Shown here: positions 19,870 to 29,629 of the stretch, piece after piece | Layout: the number at the start of each line of letters is the position of its first letter | Numbering within the stretch: the stretch's first letter is position 1 | Assembly: GCA_027622665.1 (NCBI GenBank) | Contig: JAQBYT010000013.1 | Coordinates: 32,555 to 96,554 of the forward strand | DNA: 64,000 nucleotides | Direction: 5' to 3' | From: Verrucomicrobiota bacterium | GTDB lineage: Bacteria; Verrucomicrobiota; Verrucomicrobiia; Opitutales; Seribacteraceae | Program-made: the position numbers and the translations under genes | Notes under the pieces: generated by a model | What the model saw: only the letters and a program-made list of their open reading frames with translations | Told to the model about the DNA's origin: nothing | The model's database searches: none

Positions 19870-21345
19870 ATGAATATAATTCACATCGCTGTTTTTTCCT
19901 TCCTGGTAACTGTTGGTAGCCTGTTGGCCCGCAAGCCGAATGTGGTCTACGTCATGGCCGACGATCTTGGTTATGCCGAGCTCGGAAGCTACGGACAGAA
20001 GAAGATCAAGACTCCTCGCCTCGACCAATTGGCTGCCGAGGGCATGCGTTTTATGCGTAACTATTCCGGCAACGCCGTCTGCGCTCCGTCCCGCTGCGTC
20101 CTGATGACGGGCAAGCATCCCGGACACGCCTTCATTCGCAACAACGGCGAAGTGAAACCCGAAGGTCAGCGTCCCATTCCCAAGGGAGAGGTCACCATTG
20201 CGGAGCTACTGAAGAAGCAAGGCTACGCTACCGGGGCCTTCGGCAAGTGGGGCCTAGGCAGCCCCGGTTCGGAAGGCGACCCAGTCAACCAAGGATTTGA
20301 CCGTTTCTTCGGTTACAACTGCCAGCGACACGCCCACAGCTATTATCCGAATTATCTTTGGAGCGACAAGAAACGCATCGCCCTCAACAACGAACCTCCT
20401 GTGCCCGGTCATGCCTCCCTACCCAAGGGCGCCGATCCCAGTGACCCTCGGAGCTACGATGTGTTTAAGGGTAAGGAATATGCCCCTGACCGTATTAACG
20501 AGGAAGCCCTCAAGTTCGTCCGAAAGAACAAGGACAAGCCCTTTTTTCTCTATTATCCGACCGTGATACCACATGTCGCCTTGCATGTGCCAGACGAGGA
20601 ACTGAAGCCTTACTTGGTCCAAAAATGGAACGATCCGCCGTTTTCCCGGCATCAAGGTTACGGTTATACCCCGCACTTCACACCGCGAGCCGCCTACGCC
20701 GCCATGATCACCCGCATGGACACCTATATTGGCCGTGTCCTCGACTTGATCGACGAACTGGGCCTGACCGACGACACCATCGTGGTCTTCACCTCGGACA
20801 ATGGGACTACGCACCTCAAACTGGAGGTGGACTACGATTTCTTCAACAGTGTAGACAAACTGCGCGGATTGAAGGGTTCGCTATACGAGGGTGGTATTCG
20901 CGTGCCACTTATCGTGAAATGGCCCGGCAAGGTGAAGGCGGGTTCGCAGTCCGATTTAGTGACCGGCCTTGAGGACTGGATGGCCACCATCCTTGATTTG
21001 ATAGATGCCAAGGGGCTCCTTCCCCCCGATCGCGACGGAATCAGCATCGCGCCCACCTTGCTTGGCAAAAAGCAAACCAAGCGGTCCTTTCTCTATCGTG
21101 AGTTTTCGGGTTACGGTGGGCAACAGGCAGTCTGGCAAGGAAAGTGGAAAGGCATCCGCCAAAAAATGCTTCGCAAGGGCAAGAACCACGACCCGCTTAA
21201 GATCGAACTTTACGATATGGAAAGTGATCCCTCTGAAAGCACGGATCTCGCGGCCAAGCATCCCGAAATGGTCGAGCGCATGGCAAAGCTCATGGCTGAA
21301 CAACATGTACCATCACTGCACTTTCCTATGAAGCCGATCGACTGA
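19870..21345 (+). CDS. Arylsulfatase (S1 formylglycine-dependent), secreted
   Basis: KPNVVYVMADDLG, CAPSRCVLMTG, GKWGLG, FTSDNG, KGSLYEGGIRVP. Confidence 0.95.
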   Translation: MNIIHIAVFSFLVTVGSLLARKPNVVYVMADDLGYAELGSYGQKKIKTPRLDQLAAEGMRFMRNYSGNAVCAPSRCVLMTGKHPGHAFIRNNGEVKPEGQRPIPKGEVTIAELLKKQGYATGAFGKWGLGSPGSEGDPVNQGFDRFFGYNCQRHAHSYYPNYLWSDKKRIALNNEPPVPGHASLPKGADPSDPRSYDVFKGKEYAPDRINEEALKFVRKNKDKPFFLYYPTVIPHVALHVPDEELKPYLVQKWNDPPFSRHQGYGYTPHFTPRAAYAAMITRMDTYIGRVLDLIDELGLTDDTIVVFTSDNGTTHLKLEVDYDFFNSVDKLRGLKGSLYEGGIRVPLIVKWPGKVKAGSQSDLVTGLEDWMATILDLIDAKGLLPPDRDGISIAPTLLGKKQTKRSFLYREFSGYGGQQAVWQGKWKGIRQKMLRKGKNHDPLKIELYDMESDPSESTDLAAKHPEMVERMAKLMAEQHVPSLHFPMKPID

Positions 21346-21353
21346 CGCTCGTA

Positions 21354-22338
21354 TCAAGCGGCGACTAGCGAAGCCATTACTTTGCGAGTTCCGGTGAAGG
21401 AACGTCGACCGTGCATAGCGACGTAGTTGTCCACCAAGACCAAGTCTCCCGGTTGCCAAGGAACGTCGAAGGTCAATTCGTCGGCCAAGGCGCTGGCCGT
21501 TTCCACATCGCTAGTGTCCAGCGATGAACCGTCGCCAAAGGTGATTGCCTTGGCGGGATCGTTTCGGGCGTCCTTCCATCCCGAGAAAGCGACGATTAAC
21601 TGGTTGAAAAAACTGTACCTTCCCTTATCCAGTTCTCGCACGGCTGGCAGGACGGGAGTAGTGGAGCGAAGGTCGCCGTTAGGCAACCATTCCCAAACAT
21701 AGTCCAACGTCGCCATGCGGGTCTCGGCGTCTTCCCGGGTGTCGGCACTGAAAGTACTTTGCCAACTGCGTCCCATGCTGGACGCCTTGTCGGTTTCCGT
21801 GGGCATGACATTGGAATACAGCAGACCCTTTTCCTTGCAGTCACTAGCGAAGGCAGCACGTTTTTCGACCAGTCGTTCCCACAGTACGTCGGACCGACAG
21901 ATGGGGGTCTTTCCGCCGGTTTCGGGCACTACCTGACAGAAAAAGAAAAGCTTGCTCGGATAGATCGGCGTCTGGGCCATTTCATGGTGCAGTGAAATGG
22001 TTTCCTCCGGAGGTGCTTCGTTGGCTGAGAACACCCGCGGAGTATAGTTGATGCGATAGGCGTTCGAGAGGGAGTCGTCGTAGGAAAATCCGGGCAAGTC
22101 GAAAGCCTGCACTGCAGTATCGAAATCTTCTGCCGAAGCCAAAGGGAATCCACGGAGAAAAACAGCTCCATGCTGGGTTGCTTGCGAGGAAAGCCTGGAT
22201 GCATTTTTAGGCCATCCATGACGTAGCTTCTCCCATGCTCGCCTCGTCGGAGTCACAGCGATAGGCGAGGGGGAAAGTCCGTCCGTCGTGTACTTGTTGC
22301 CCTTCCGGTTCAAGGAGCGTTACGTCAAGGTCGCCCAT
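21354..22338 (-). pseudogene. TauD/TfdA (SyrP-like) dioxygenase split by a 1-nt frameshift at ~22209-22212
   Basis: The C-terminal frame has HGAVFLRGF, LHHEMAQ, KLFFFC, FFNQL, DNYVAMHGR. The N-terminus MGDLDVTLLEPEGQQVHDGRTFPLAY...WMA is in another frame and stops at TAA 22209-22207. Confidence 0.75.
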
Positions 22339-22425
22339 TTGAACGGAAATAGTTGTCTGCTGCTTTTCTTTCTCTGGGTACAAACTTGAAAGCGTACCCT
22401 TACTTCTCATTAAGCCTATGAATTG

Positions 22426-23505
22426 TTAGTTTTGGTGCGGATAGAGTGACCAAGTCTTGTTTTGGACGCTGTACATATACAAACCGTTGCTAGCTGGGCG
22501 ACAATACAACCACCCGTTTTCTAAATAGGAGTAAGCCCATGGATAGGCTCCAAACCAATACCAACCTCCTGGCGGAACATAAGACGACGACTTTGTTTCG
22601 TTGTTTCCCGAAGAAGTTGGTTCGGGATCGGTCAAATCGGGGATTCCGTCGGAATCATAGTCGTTGGTATCCGTTATGAAGACCTTCCAGTTTGCGAAAT
22701 CTACCCAAGAGGTGTCCACTTCGCCGTCCTTCAGGCTTAGTTGACCTGAGTAAGTGTTTCCATTTCGGCTTAAGTCTGCAATTTTTGAATATATGGTGTC
22801 CGCTCCATCCGTTAATGTCATTCCTCCCAATGATAAAGTTTCACTGTCGAATTCATATTGACCAGATCCAGTTACTTTCACAGTCACTCCTTCTGATGTT
22901 GGGGAGGTGGCACTTAATGAGAGATTGCTTTCATCGTTGTACTGAACTTCGCCTGACCAAGAACTTATGTACCATGTCCCTGTGAAGTTGTAGGAAGTTA
23001 CATCTGTACCGTTGGAGTAAGTAAGAAGGTATGTCCCAAAGTTTGAATTAGCGTTTCGAGAAAACCTAGCGGTAAGGATTGGAGCTGAATAATCACCGTT
23101 TTTGTCCCAATGGACTATTTCTGTTATTGTTACGTTAGCATTGACGCTTTTTTCTTTCTCCAAGAAATCAAGAACCCCGTTTGAATTCGAATCGTGGGAA
23201 GGCATGCCCATTGATAAGGTTCCATAGGCTCGAACACCATAGGCATCGGTTCCAATATAGTCCACTTTGTAAGTTGTTGAACCAATGGAAGAAGGTTTGA
23301 CTTCTCCGCTAACTTTTCCATCCGTATTGTAAGGATAGCCAGAGGTTCCATCATAGGTGGTGAAATAGGTTACATCTCCATCTTTCCAATCTAGCGGAGT
23401 CAACTGGAACGAGTAACAGTGTGCGGTGATTGTTGCTGTTTTCGTCGATGAGAAGGCAAGGTTGATCATCAACATCGGCAAGATAGCGAAGAGTAAGTTT
23501 TTCAT
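22426..23505 (-). CDS. Secreted hypothetical protein, Ser/Thr/Tyr-rich, with Ca-binding DxDxDG motifs and an aromatic C-terminal module
   Basis: Signal peptide; DSNSNGVLDFLE and DYDSDGIPDLTDPEP; C-terminus GWYWFGAYPWAYSYLENGWLY. Lower GC than flanks (25/60 G+C in line 23041). Confidence 0.75.
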   Translation of the reverse strand: MKNLLFAILPMLMINLAFSSTKTATITAHCYSFQLTPLDWKDGDVTYFTTYDGTSGYPYNTDGKVSGEVKPSSIGSTTYKVDYIGTDAYGVRAYGTLSMGMPSHDSNSNGVLDFLEKEKSVNANVTITEIVHWDKNGDYSAPILTARFSRNANSNFGTYLLTYSNGTDVTSYNFTGTWYISSWSGEVQYNDESNLSLSATSPTSEGVTVKVTGSGQYEFDSETLSLGGMTLTDGADTIYSKIADLSRNGNTYSGQLSLKDGEVDTSWVDFANWKVFITDTNDYDSDGIPDLTDPEPTSSGNNETKSSSYVPPGGWYWFGAYPWAYSYLENGWLYCRPASNGLYMYSVQNKTWSLYPHQN

Positions 23506-23564
23506 AGTTCCTGTCTGTTTGGTAAACGATTACAGTCGTAACTGCTTGCAGGGAATCGAATCAA

Positions 23565-24155
23565 TTACTTTTTTGCTTTTTTTGTGCTTTCGGGGAGAAA
23601 CTGCACGGAGTCCACTATCACGTACTTACCCTCGGTGCCGCCGGTTCCGATGGTGACGGAACCTTTCTTTCCTTTATCAAATCGGAAGGTGCCCAACGAG
23701 CGGAAGAGCTTTTGGATGGGGGCGTGCTCGCCTTCGTTCACCTGCACTACGGTTTTGCCGTCGGCATGTCGTATGGTGACGGGCACGCCGTTTGCACGTC
23801 GGATGTTGGAGTTGTGAGACATGCGGACCTCGTAGAGACCCGCCTTGGGGAGGTCGGGGGTGAAGGTGGCGGACTTCTTTCCCTTTCCCTCCTTCATGTC
23901 GTGGAGGTAGCTCTTGCCCACGAAGGGCGGGGTGTGCACGGAATGCTTCCACTGCCCGACCAGTTTGGCTTCGACGTCGTCTACTACAATGCCGGGAAGC
24001 GCCGTGGGATCGGGCTTGATGAAGCGAATCATCTCTGGCTTGTCCACTTGACTGGGTTTGGGAAGAGTGGGGGAGTTGTCGCCGAGAAGAGACTCTGCAA
24101 ATCCGCATGTGATAAGTGGGACAATAAGGCAAAGGTTTCTTGGCTTGATCATCAT
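23565..24155 (-). CDS. Secreted stand-alone beta-sandwich domain (xanthan lyase/golvesin C-terminal-like)
   Basis: GIVVDDVEAKLVGQW, YLHD, SATFTPDLPKAGLYEVR, VPVTIRHADG, LGTFRF, VIVDSVQF. Confidence 0.7.
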   Translation of the reverse strand: MMIKPRNLCLIVPLITCGFAESLLGDNSPTLPKPSQVDKPEMIRFIKPDPTALPGIVVDDVEAKLVGQWKHSVHTPPFVGKSYLHDMKEGKGKKSATFTPDLPKAGLYEVRMSHNSNIRRANGVPVTIRHADGKTVVQVNEGEHAPIQKLFRSLGTFRFDKGKKGSVTIGTGGTEGKYVIVDSVQFLPESTKKAKK

Positions 24156-24171
24156 GTTGTTTTTTACGAGC

Positions 24172-26172
24172 TCAACTGAACAGCAACAATCCCTGATAAG
24201 TTGCGAATGCGGCGAAGTAAGCCAGAATCGTCATGTATCCGAATTGCAGTGCAGCCCATTTCCAACTGCCGGTTTCCCTTCGTGTCACCACTTGGGTCGG
24301 AAGGCATTGCATGGCCAGTACGTAAAACACCAATAGGCTCAAACATGTCGCGGTAGTGAAAACAGGTGATCCGTCTGAGCGCTTTGAGGCCCGCAATGCA
24401 TCGTACAGAGAATCTGGATCTTCTTCTCCGGCATCACTGCCCACACCATACACGATGGAAAGGGTGGATACGATTACTTCGCGAGCTGCGAACGAGCTGA
24501 TTACTCCTACCCCAATCTGCCAATCGAAACCAAGAGGCGCGATGACTGGTTCGATGGCTTGACCCAAGCGCCCGGCAAATGAGTTGGCGAAAGCGTGTTG
24601 TGCTTGCAAGCGAGATGCTTCTTTTGCCATCGCTTCGTCATTTGTCCGCTCTGCTTTTTCGAACATTTGAGAGACCGACGCGGTGGGATCACTTTTCGGG
24701 TAGGTCGAGGCAGCCCATAACAATATCGAGATCAACATAATCACGGTGCCCGCTCGGCGGACGAAGATGCCTGCTCTATCAAATGCCATGAGGAACGCGT
24801 TGCGAATCGAAGGCATCTTGTACCTCGGTAATTCCAATACCAGTGGTCGAGTTTCGCCGGGAAGAATGGTGCGGCGAAGAACGAAAGCCATGACTAAAGC
24901 TACGATTCCGCCGAGGGCGTAGGCACCCGTAAAGGTGAGAGCCGCCATCATCGGTTCACTCGGGAAGAGCAAGGCGCAGACCATTGCGTAGACAGGGATT
25001 CTGGCCGAACAGGTGAGCAAGGGCAGGACGAGGATCGTTACGAGTCGGTCTCGTTTGTCTTCGATTCCTCTCGTTGCCATGATGCCGGGGATTGCGCAGG
25101 CGTGAGCGGAAAGCATGGGTACGAAGGCCTTTCCGGGCAGACCGACCCTTCGCATCAAACGGTCCATGACGAATGCGGCGCGAGCCAAGTAACCCGTATC
25201 CTCGAGCAAGGTTAGGGAGAAGAATAGAATGCAGATTTGCGGAAGGAAAACGAGCATGCCTCCGACTCCTCCGATCACCCCCTCGACCAGAAGACTGTTG
25301 AGGTCACCCTGCGGAAGGTGTTGGCTTACGAAGGAACCCGTATGGGCGAAAAGTCCGTCGATCCAGCCCATGGGATACTGGGCGATGTAGAAGACCATGA
25401 AGAAGAAAGACAACATCACGGTCGCGAAAGCTAAAATACCGCCTACGGGGTGCGTGAGCAATCGATCGATCTCGAAGGACTTGTCGGTTTGTGAAGAGAC
25501 CTTCGAGTGGACGTGTTTATCACAAACTTCCCGAGTCCAGTCAAAGTGTGCCTTGAATGGGCAACTGTTGCAATTACAGGCGTGTTGGAGCCTTTCGGGC
25601 ATGGAGGTTGAGGCGATTTGACCTTTGAGCATTCGCTCACATTCTTCGCGAAGTCCTTCGAAGCCTGATCCTGCTCTTCCGTCGATGGAGACGATCGGGC
25701 ATCCCAACTCAAGACTCAGGGCTTCGGTATCAATCGATGTTTGCTCTCGCCTCGCCAAATCCATCATCGTCAGCGCTACCACCACGGGTAAATTCATCTC
25801 GAGAATTTGGCCGGCAAGGTATAGGTTTCGCTCCAGATTGGTTGCATCTGCCACCACGATTATGCCGGCTGGCTTTTCCCTACCCTCGATCCGCCCTTGG
25901 AGTGCGTCCCCGGCCAATTTTTCTTCGTCGGAGCAATCGTTCAGGCTGTATAGGCCCGGAAGGTCGAGGAGTTCGACTTCCTCATCGCCAAACTTGGTTC
26001 GCGATGTTCGGCATTCGATTGTGGTGCCGGGAAAATTAGATGTTTTTGCCCTTAAACCCGTCAAGGCGTTGAAAAGAGTGGTTTTGCCTGCGTTGGGATT
26101 CCCGGCTATGGCGATGACTGGAACGTTGACAGTGCGAGCTTTGGCTTGTTCTTGATGAAGTGCTGTCGTCAT
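24172..26172 (-). CDS. feoB: Ferrous iron transporter B
   Basis: GNPNAGKTT, NFPGTT, DLPGLYSL, LEDTGYLARAAFVMD, TCSARIPVY. Confidence 0.95.
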   Translation of the reverse strand: MTTALHQEQAKARTVNVPVIAIAGNPNAGKTTLFNALTGLRAKTSNFPGTTIECRTSRTKFGDEEVELLDLPGLYSLNDCSDEEKLAGDALQGRIEGREKPAGIIVVADATNLERNLYLAGQILEMNLPVVVALTMMDLARREQTSIDTEALSLELGCPIVSIDGRAGSGFEGLREECERMLKGQIASTSMPERLQHACNCNSCPFKAHFDWTREVCDKHVHSKVSSQTDKSFEIDRLLTHPVGGILAFATVMLSFFFMVFYIAQYPMGWIDGLFAHTGSFVSQHLPQGDLNSLLVEGVIGGVGGMLVFLPQICILFFSLTLLEDTGYLARAAFVMDRLMRRVGLPGKAFVPMLSAHACAIPGIMATRGIEDKRDRLVTILVLPLLTCSARIPVYAMVCALLFPSEPMMAALTFTGAYALGGIVALVMAFVLRRTILPGETRPLVLELPRYKMPSIRNAFLMAFDRAGIFVRRAGTVIMLISILLWAASTYPKSDPTASVSQMFEKAERTNDEAMAKEASRLQAQHAFANSFAGRLGQAIEPVIAPLGFDWQIGVGVISSFAAREVIVSTLSIVYGVGSDAGEEDPDSLYDALRASKRSDGSPVFTTATCLSLLVFYVLAMQCLPTQVVTRRETGSWKWAALQFGYMTILAYFAAFATYQGLLLFS

Positions 26173-26198
26173 CGGTGTTCTTGGGCGTCCTTACTCTA

Positions 26199-26474
26199 TC
26201 AAGAGAAAGTCTCTTCATCGCATGGGGTCACGCTTACCGTTTCTCCCAAACGCCTAGAAACTCCAAGCTTCGATCCTACGACTTGTAAGATCATGGGGTC
26301 TCCCAGTTGCTCCAACTTAATGATTTGGCCTGTGCATACCCCCATCGCCATCAGCCTTTTTGCATCATCGTTATCCGCCACGACCTGTACTACCAGTCCG
26401 CACTTTCCCGGTTCAAGTTTGTCGAGAGGTATGACGGAGCCTTTGCCTTGGAACGCAGGAGCATTGTTGGTCAT
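26199..26474 (-). CDS. feoA: Ferrous iron transport protein A
   Basis: KRLMAMGVCTGQIIKLEQLGDPMILQV; lies directly upstream of feoB. Confidence 0.9.
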   Translation of the reverse strand: MTNNAPAFQGKGSVIPLDKLEPGKCGLVVQVVADNDDAKRLMAMGVCTGQIIKLEQLGDPMILQVVGSKLGVSRRLGETVSVTPCDEETFS

Positions 26475-26530
26475 GTGAATTTTGTTGAAAAGAAAAAGGG
26501 AAACATGAATGCGATCGAGGGTTCCTGGAC

Positions 26531-26547
26531 TTGAGACTGAATCTCAA
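26531..26547. promoter_or_regulatory. Palindromic operator, candidate iron-responsive (Fur-like) site
   Basis: TTGAGA-CTGAA-TCTCAA perfect 6-5-6 inverted repeat, 57 bp upstream of the feoA start. Confidence 0.55.
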
Positions 26548-26712
26548 CAGCATGGCAATCCCTTTCTGGGTCAAGTGAGGAAATGATTGAATGAACATAA
26601 AACTAAAGCTTCTCTCCTCATCTTAATAATAGTCGTCAAGGGACGAGGGTTTCTCACCTCGCTTCTTTTCCGCTTGCGTGACATGGATGATTTTGTTTGC
26701 CCGTGTTGTGTT

Positions 26713-27849
26713 ATGAAACTTTTCCATCTTTCCGTCGCATTGCTTTCATTCTTTCATTTTGGATGGGCTGAGCAAAACTGGAATAAACACGTTGTTCATC
26801 GAGGTGAGCGTTGCAACGTCGCGGTAGCCGCCGACTTTACCGGGGACGGCAAGGTGGATGTGATTTCGAACAGCGGAGGCAAGACGCGTTTGTTTGTTGC
26901 GCCCGATTGGAAGGCTGTGGTGATTGGAGAGAACGAGAGTCTGAACTTCATCCATGGCGAAACCTTCGATGTGGACGGCGACGGTGATCCCGACTTTATC
27001 GGTGCTCGCTACAAGCCCGGTTTGGTCGCTTGGTTTGAGTGTCCCGCAAACCCGTTGAAGGATGAATGGAAAATGCGGATTGCGGACGACGAACTGATCG
27101 GCATCCACGGTGTCCTAAAGGCGGACGTTGACGGCGACGGAAAGCTCGACTTGCTTGCCAACAGTGGACAACCCACCGGCAAATTCCCCAATTCCGCCGC
27201 TTGGTTGAAGGTCCCCGAGGATCCTCGCAAGGCAAAGCGCTGGAAACGATTTATCTTTGCCGACAAGGACGCCCCAGGCCTCAGCCATTACCTAGGCTAT
27301 GGTGATCTGAACGGCGATGGGCGAGTTGACATCACCCTTGCCGCCAAAGGTTTTCCCGACCCGAAGTTCGGCAAGGGAGAGTGGTTCGCTTGGTGGGAAG
27401 CGGGCAAGGACCCGACCAAGCCTTTCAAGAAGCACCTTTTGCCCGGTACGCATCCTGGCGCGACCAACATACAACCTGCCGACTTGAACGGTGACGGTAA
27501 GCTCGATATTTTAGCTTCTCGAGGGCATGGGAAAGGCCTTCTTTGGTTCGAGAATCCCACATGGGAAATACACGAGGTGAATAATGAACTACTTTCTCCG
27601 CATTGCCTGCAGGTAGTCGATATGGATGGGGATGGCGACGTGGATGCCGCAACCTGCGCCTACGTCAGCAAGGTGGTCGCTTGGTTTGAGAACGACGGCA
27701 AGGGCAACTTTACCACCCACGTCGTCTCTGACGACCAAGCAGCCTACGATATTCGCGCCGTGGATATGGATGGTGATACCGATCTCGATCTGCTAATTGC
27801 CGGGCAACTTAGCCACAACGTAGTCTGGTACGAGAACCCGCTCAAGTAA
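26713..27849 (+). CDS. FG-GAP/VCBS repeat beta-propeller protein, secreted
   Basis: Seven DxDGDGxxD repeats; signal peptide from MKLFHLS. Confidence 0.88.
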   Translation: MKLFHLSVALLSFFHFGWAEQNWNKHVVHRGERCNVAVAADFTGDGKVDVISNSGGKTRLFVAPDWKAVVIGENESLNFIHGETFDVDGDGDPDFIGARYKPGLVAWFECPANPLKDEWKMRIADDELIGIHGVLKADVDGDGKLDLLANSGQPTGKFPNSAAWLKVPEDPRKAKRWKRFIFADKDAPGLSHYLGYGDLNGDGRVDITLAAKGFPDPKFGKGEWFAWWEAGKDPTKPFKKHLLPGTHPGATNIQPADLNGDGKLDILASRGHGKGLLWFENPTWEIHEVNNELLSPHCLQVVDMDGDGDVDAATCAYVSKVVAWFENDGKGNFTTHVVSDDQAAYDIRAVDMDGDTDLDLLIAGQLSHNVVWYENPLK

Positions 27850-27910
27850 ATCGACTGGTCCTTGTTTTGCTTGGCGGTAGGGGATCTCCAGTTTGCTGGT
27901 TGCCGGGCAA

Positions 27911-29371
27911 CTACTTGTTTGGCCCTTTTTGCTTTGGTCTCTTTTTATTGGGCTTCTTCACCTTGTTCTTGGTAATGGCCCGTTCAGTGGCTATGGGGTC
28001 GGCATCGTCGCGTTGCTCTAGCCAACTGAAAAGCTGGTTGCGGAGACGATTGATGGTTTTCTTGTGCTTGGGGTCTGCGGCTAAATCGTTCAACTCGTGG
28101 GGATCCTTCTGTAAATCGTACAAGGCGAACTCAGGTCGCCGATTTAGTTTCCTGATGAGCGGATCGTCGAGTGGTGGTCCTTTGGCGGCCTCCACCCAAG
28201 AGGCGGCGGGGAATTCCTTGCCCGGCTTGTTCGCCCTCGGTGTTTCACCATTGATCAAGGCGAGGGCCTTGCTGAGCGACACGTTTGAGGTGATTTGCTC
28301 GTGGTTGGGAGACCAAATGAAGGAATAGCGGTCGTCCCGGATACAACGGATCGGATAGATGCGGTCGTTGTTGTCGATGATTCCCTTGTTGCTGAACTGG
28401 CCTATCACGAAGTCGTGCACCTGAGTCGGTGTTCCGGTCAAGTTGGCATACTGGCTACGGCCGTCGAAGAGGCCTTTCTTTATCTTTCCGTCTGCAGCCT
28501 CGATCATGGTGGGGGCGACGTCGCAGAGCCAGAAGAGTTCTTCGGAGACATGACCCTTCGGCACGATGCCGGGTCCATAAGCCACCAATCCCGTGTGGAG
28601 ACCGTTGTCGAAACAGGTCCACTTCGCAAAGGGAAAGGCCGAGCCTTGCTCCGTGCAGACGAAGAATATGGTGTCGTTGGCCAAGTCGGATTCGTCCAAA
28701 TACGATCTCAGGGCTCCGGCCAGAGCATCGAAGTTGGCAACCTCGGCATAGTAGGGAACCAAGGCTTTGCGTAGTTCGGGCGTATCGATCCAGTAGGAGG
28801 GGATGGTTAACTTTGCGGGATCAAATATCGACCTGTCGCCATTTGTGTAAGGGGAATGGGCATCGTGGGAAGCGATGACGAGGCAGAAAGGTTTTTCCTC
28901 TTTGCGGCAGGAACCGATAAATTCTTTCGCCTTGCCGAGAAGGAAGCTATTGGAATCAGGTTTGCTGCCGTCGCCCAAGTATTCGAAAGGATACGATGAC
29001 CTAGGGCCGATGTGAGTCTTCCCTGTTAGACCTATGCGATAGCCGAGGGGTTCGAGGTAATGCGGCAGACTCTTCGTCTCGGGGACGGAGTTCGAGTGGT
29101 TTAGAAAAGCTTTGGTTCGCCAAGCGGTGCGTCCACTGTAGAGTTCCTGCCTAAATGGGGCGCACATGGCCACGGAAGTGTAGGCTTTGTTAAACTTGAC
29201 CCCGTCTCTCGCCAGCTTGTCTATGTGCGGCGTGGGGCAATCGACGTTCCCGTAGCACCCGAAACTGTCGCGATTGATGTCGTCGCCCAAAAGGAAGACG
29301 AAGTTGGGTTTGCCGGCATGAAGGGCATGCTGTACAAATACAAGGATAACGAGAGTCAGTAGATGCTTCAT
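27911..29371 (-). CDS. Sulfatase (S1), secreted
   Basis: KPNFVFLLGDD, CAPFRQELYSG, GKTHIGP, AKWTCFDNGLH, LYDLQKDPHELNDLA. Confidence 0.9.
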   Translation of the reverse strand: MKHLLTLVILVFVQHALHAGKPNFVFLLGDDINRDSFGCYGNVDCPTPHIDKLARDGVKFNKAYTSVAMCAPFRQELYSGRTAWRTKAFLNHSNSVPETKSLPHYLEPLGYRIGLTGKTHIGPRSSYPFEYLGDGSKPDSNSFLLGKAKEFIGSCRKEEKPFCLVIASHDAHSPYTNGDRSIFDPAKLTIPSYWIDTPELRKALVPYYAEVANFDALAGALRSYLDESDLANDTIFFVCTEQGSAFPFAKWTCFDNGLHTGLVAYGPGIVPKGHVSEELFWLCDVAPTMIEAADGKIKKGLFDGRSQYANLTGTPTQVHDFVIGQFSNKGIIDNNDRIYPIRCIRDDRYSFIWSPNHEQITSNVSLSKALALINGETPRANKPGKEFPAASWVEAAKGPPLDDPLIRKLNRRPEFALYDLQKDPHELNDLAADPKHKKTINRLRNQLFSWLEQRDDADPIATERAITKNKVKKPNKKRPKQKGPNK

Positions 29372-29629
29372 CGATTGAACCATTCTTCTTTTACTATTTT
29401 AAGCCAATCTCAAAAACGGCTAATCTCTCTTATGACTCCAGAGATTGCCGGAGATTTGAATAAACTCCTTATTTTGGATTTTCTCTTTGAAATTGAGAAA
29501 AGAACTAGCCAACGACTCCTTTTGTACATAATCAACAATTGTTAAAATCTAGGCTTCGCTAATTCTTCTGTTTGAGTAATCCTGCCAAAACCCAACGTGT
29601 TTAACATTATGTCAGCAATTACCACGAAA

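Noticed and set aside
19774..20127. N-terminal extension of the 825-aa PQQ ORF
   Set aside because: It is antisense read-through of the divergent sulfatase; a proper signal peptide starts at 19773.
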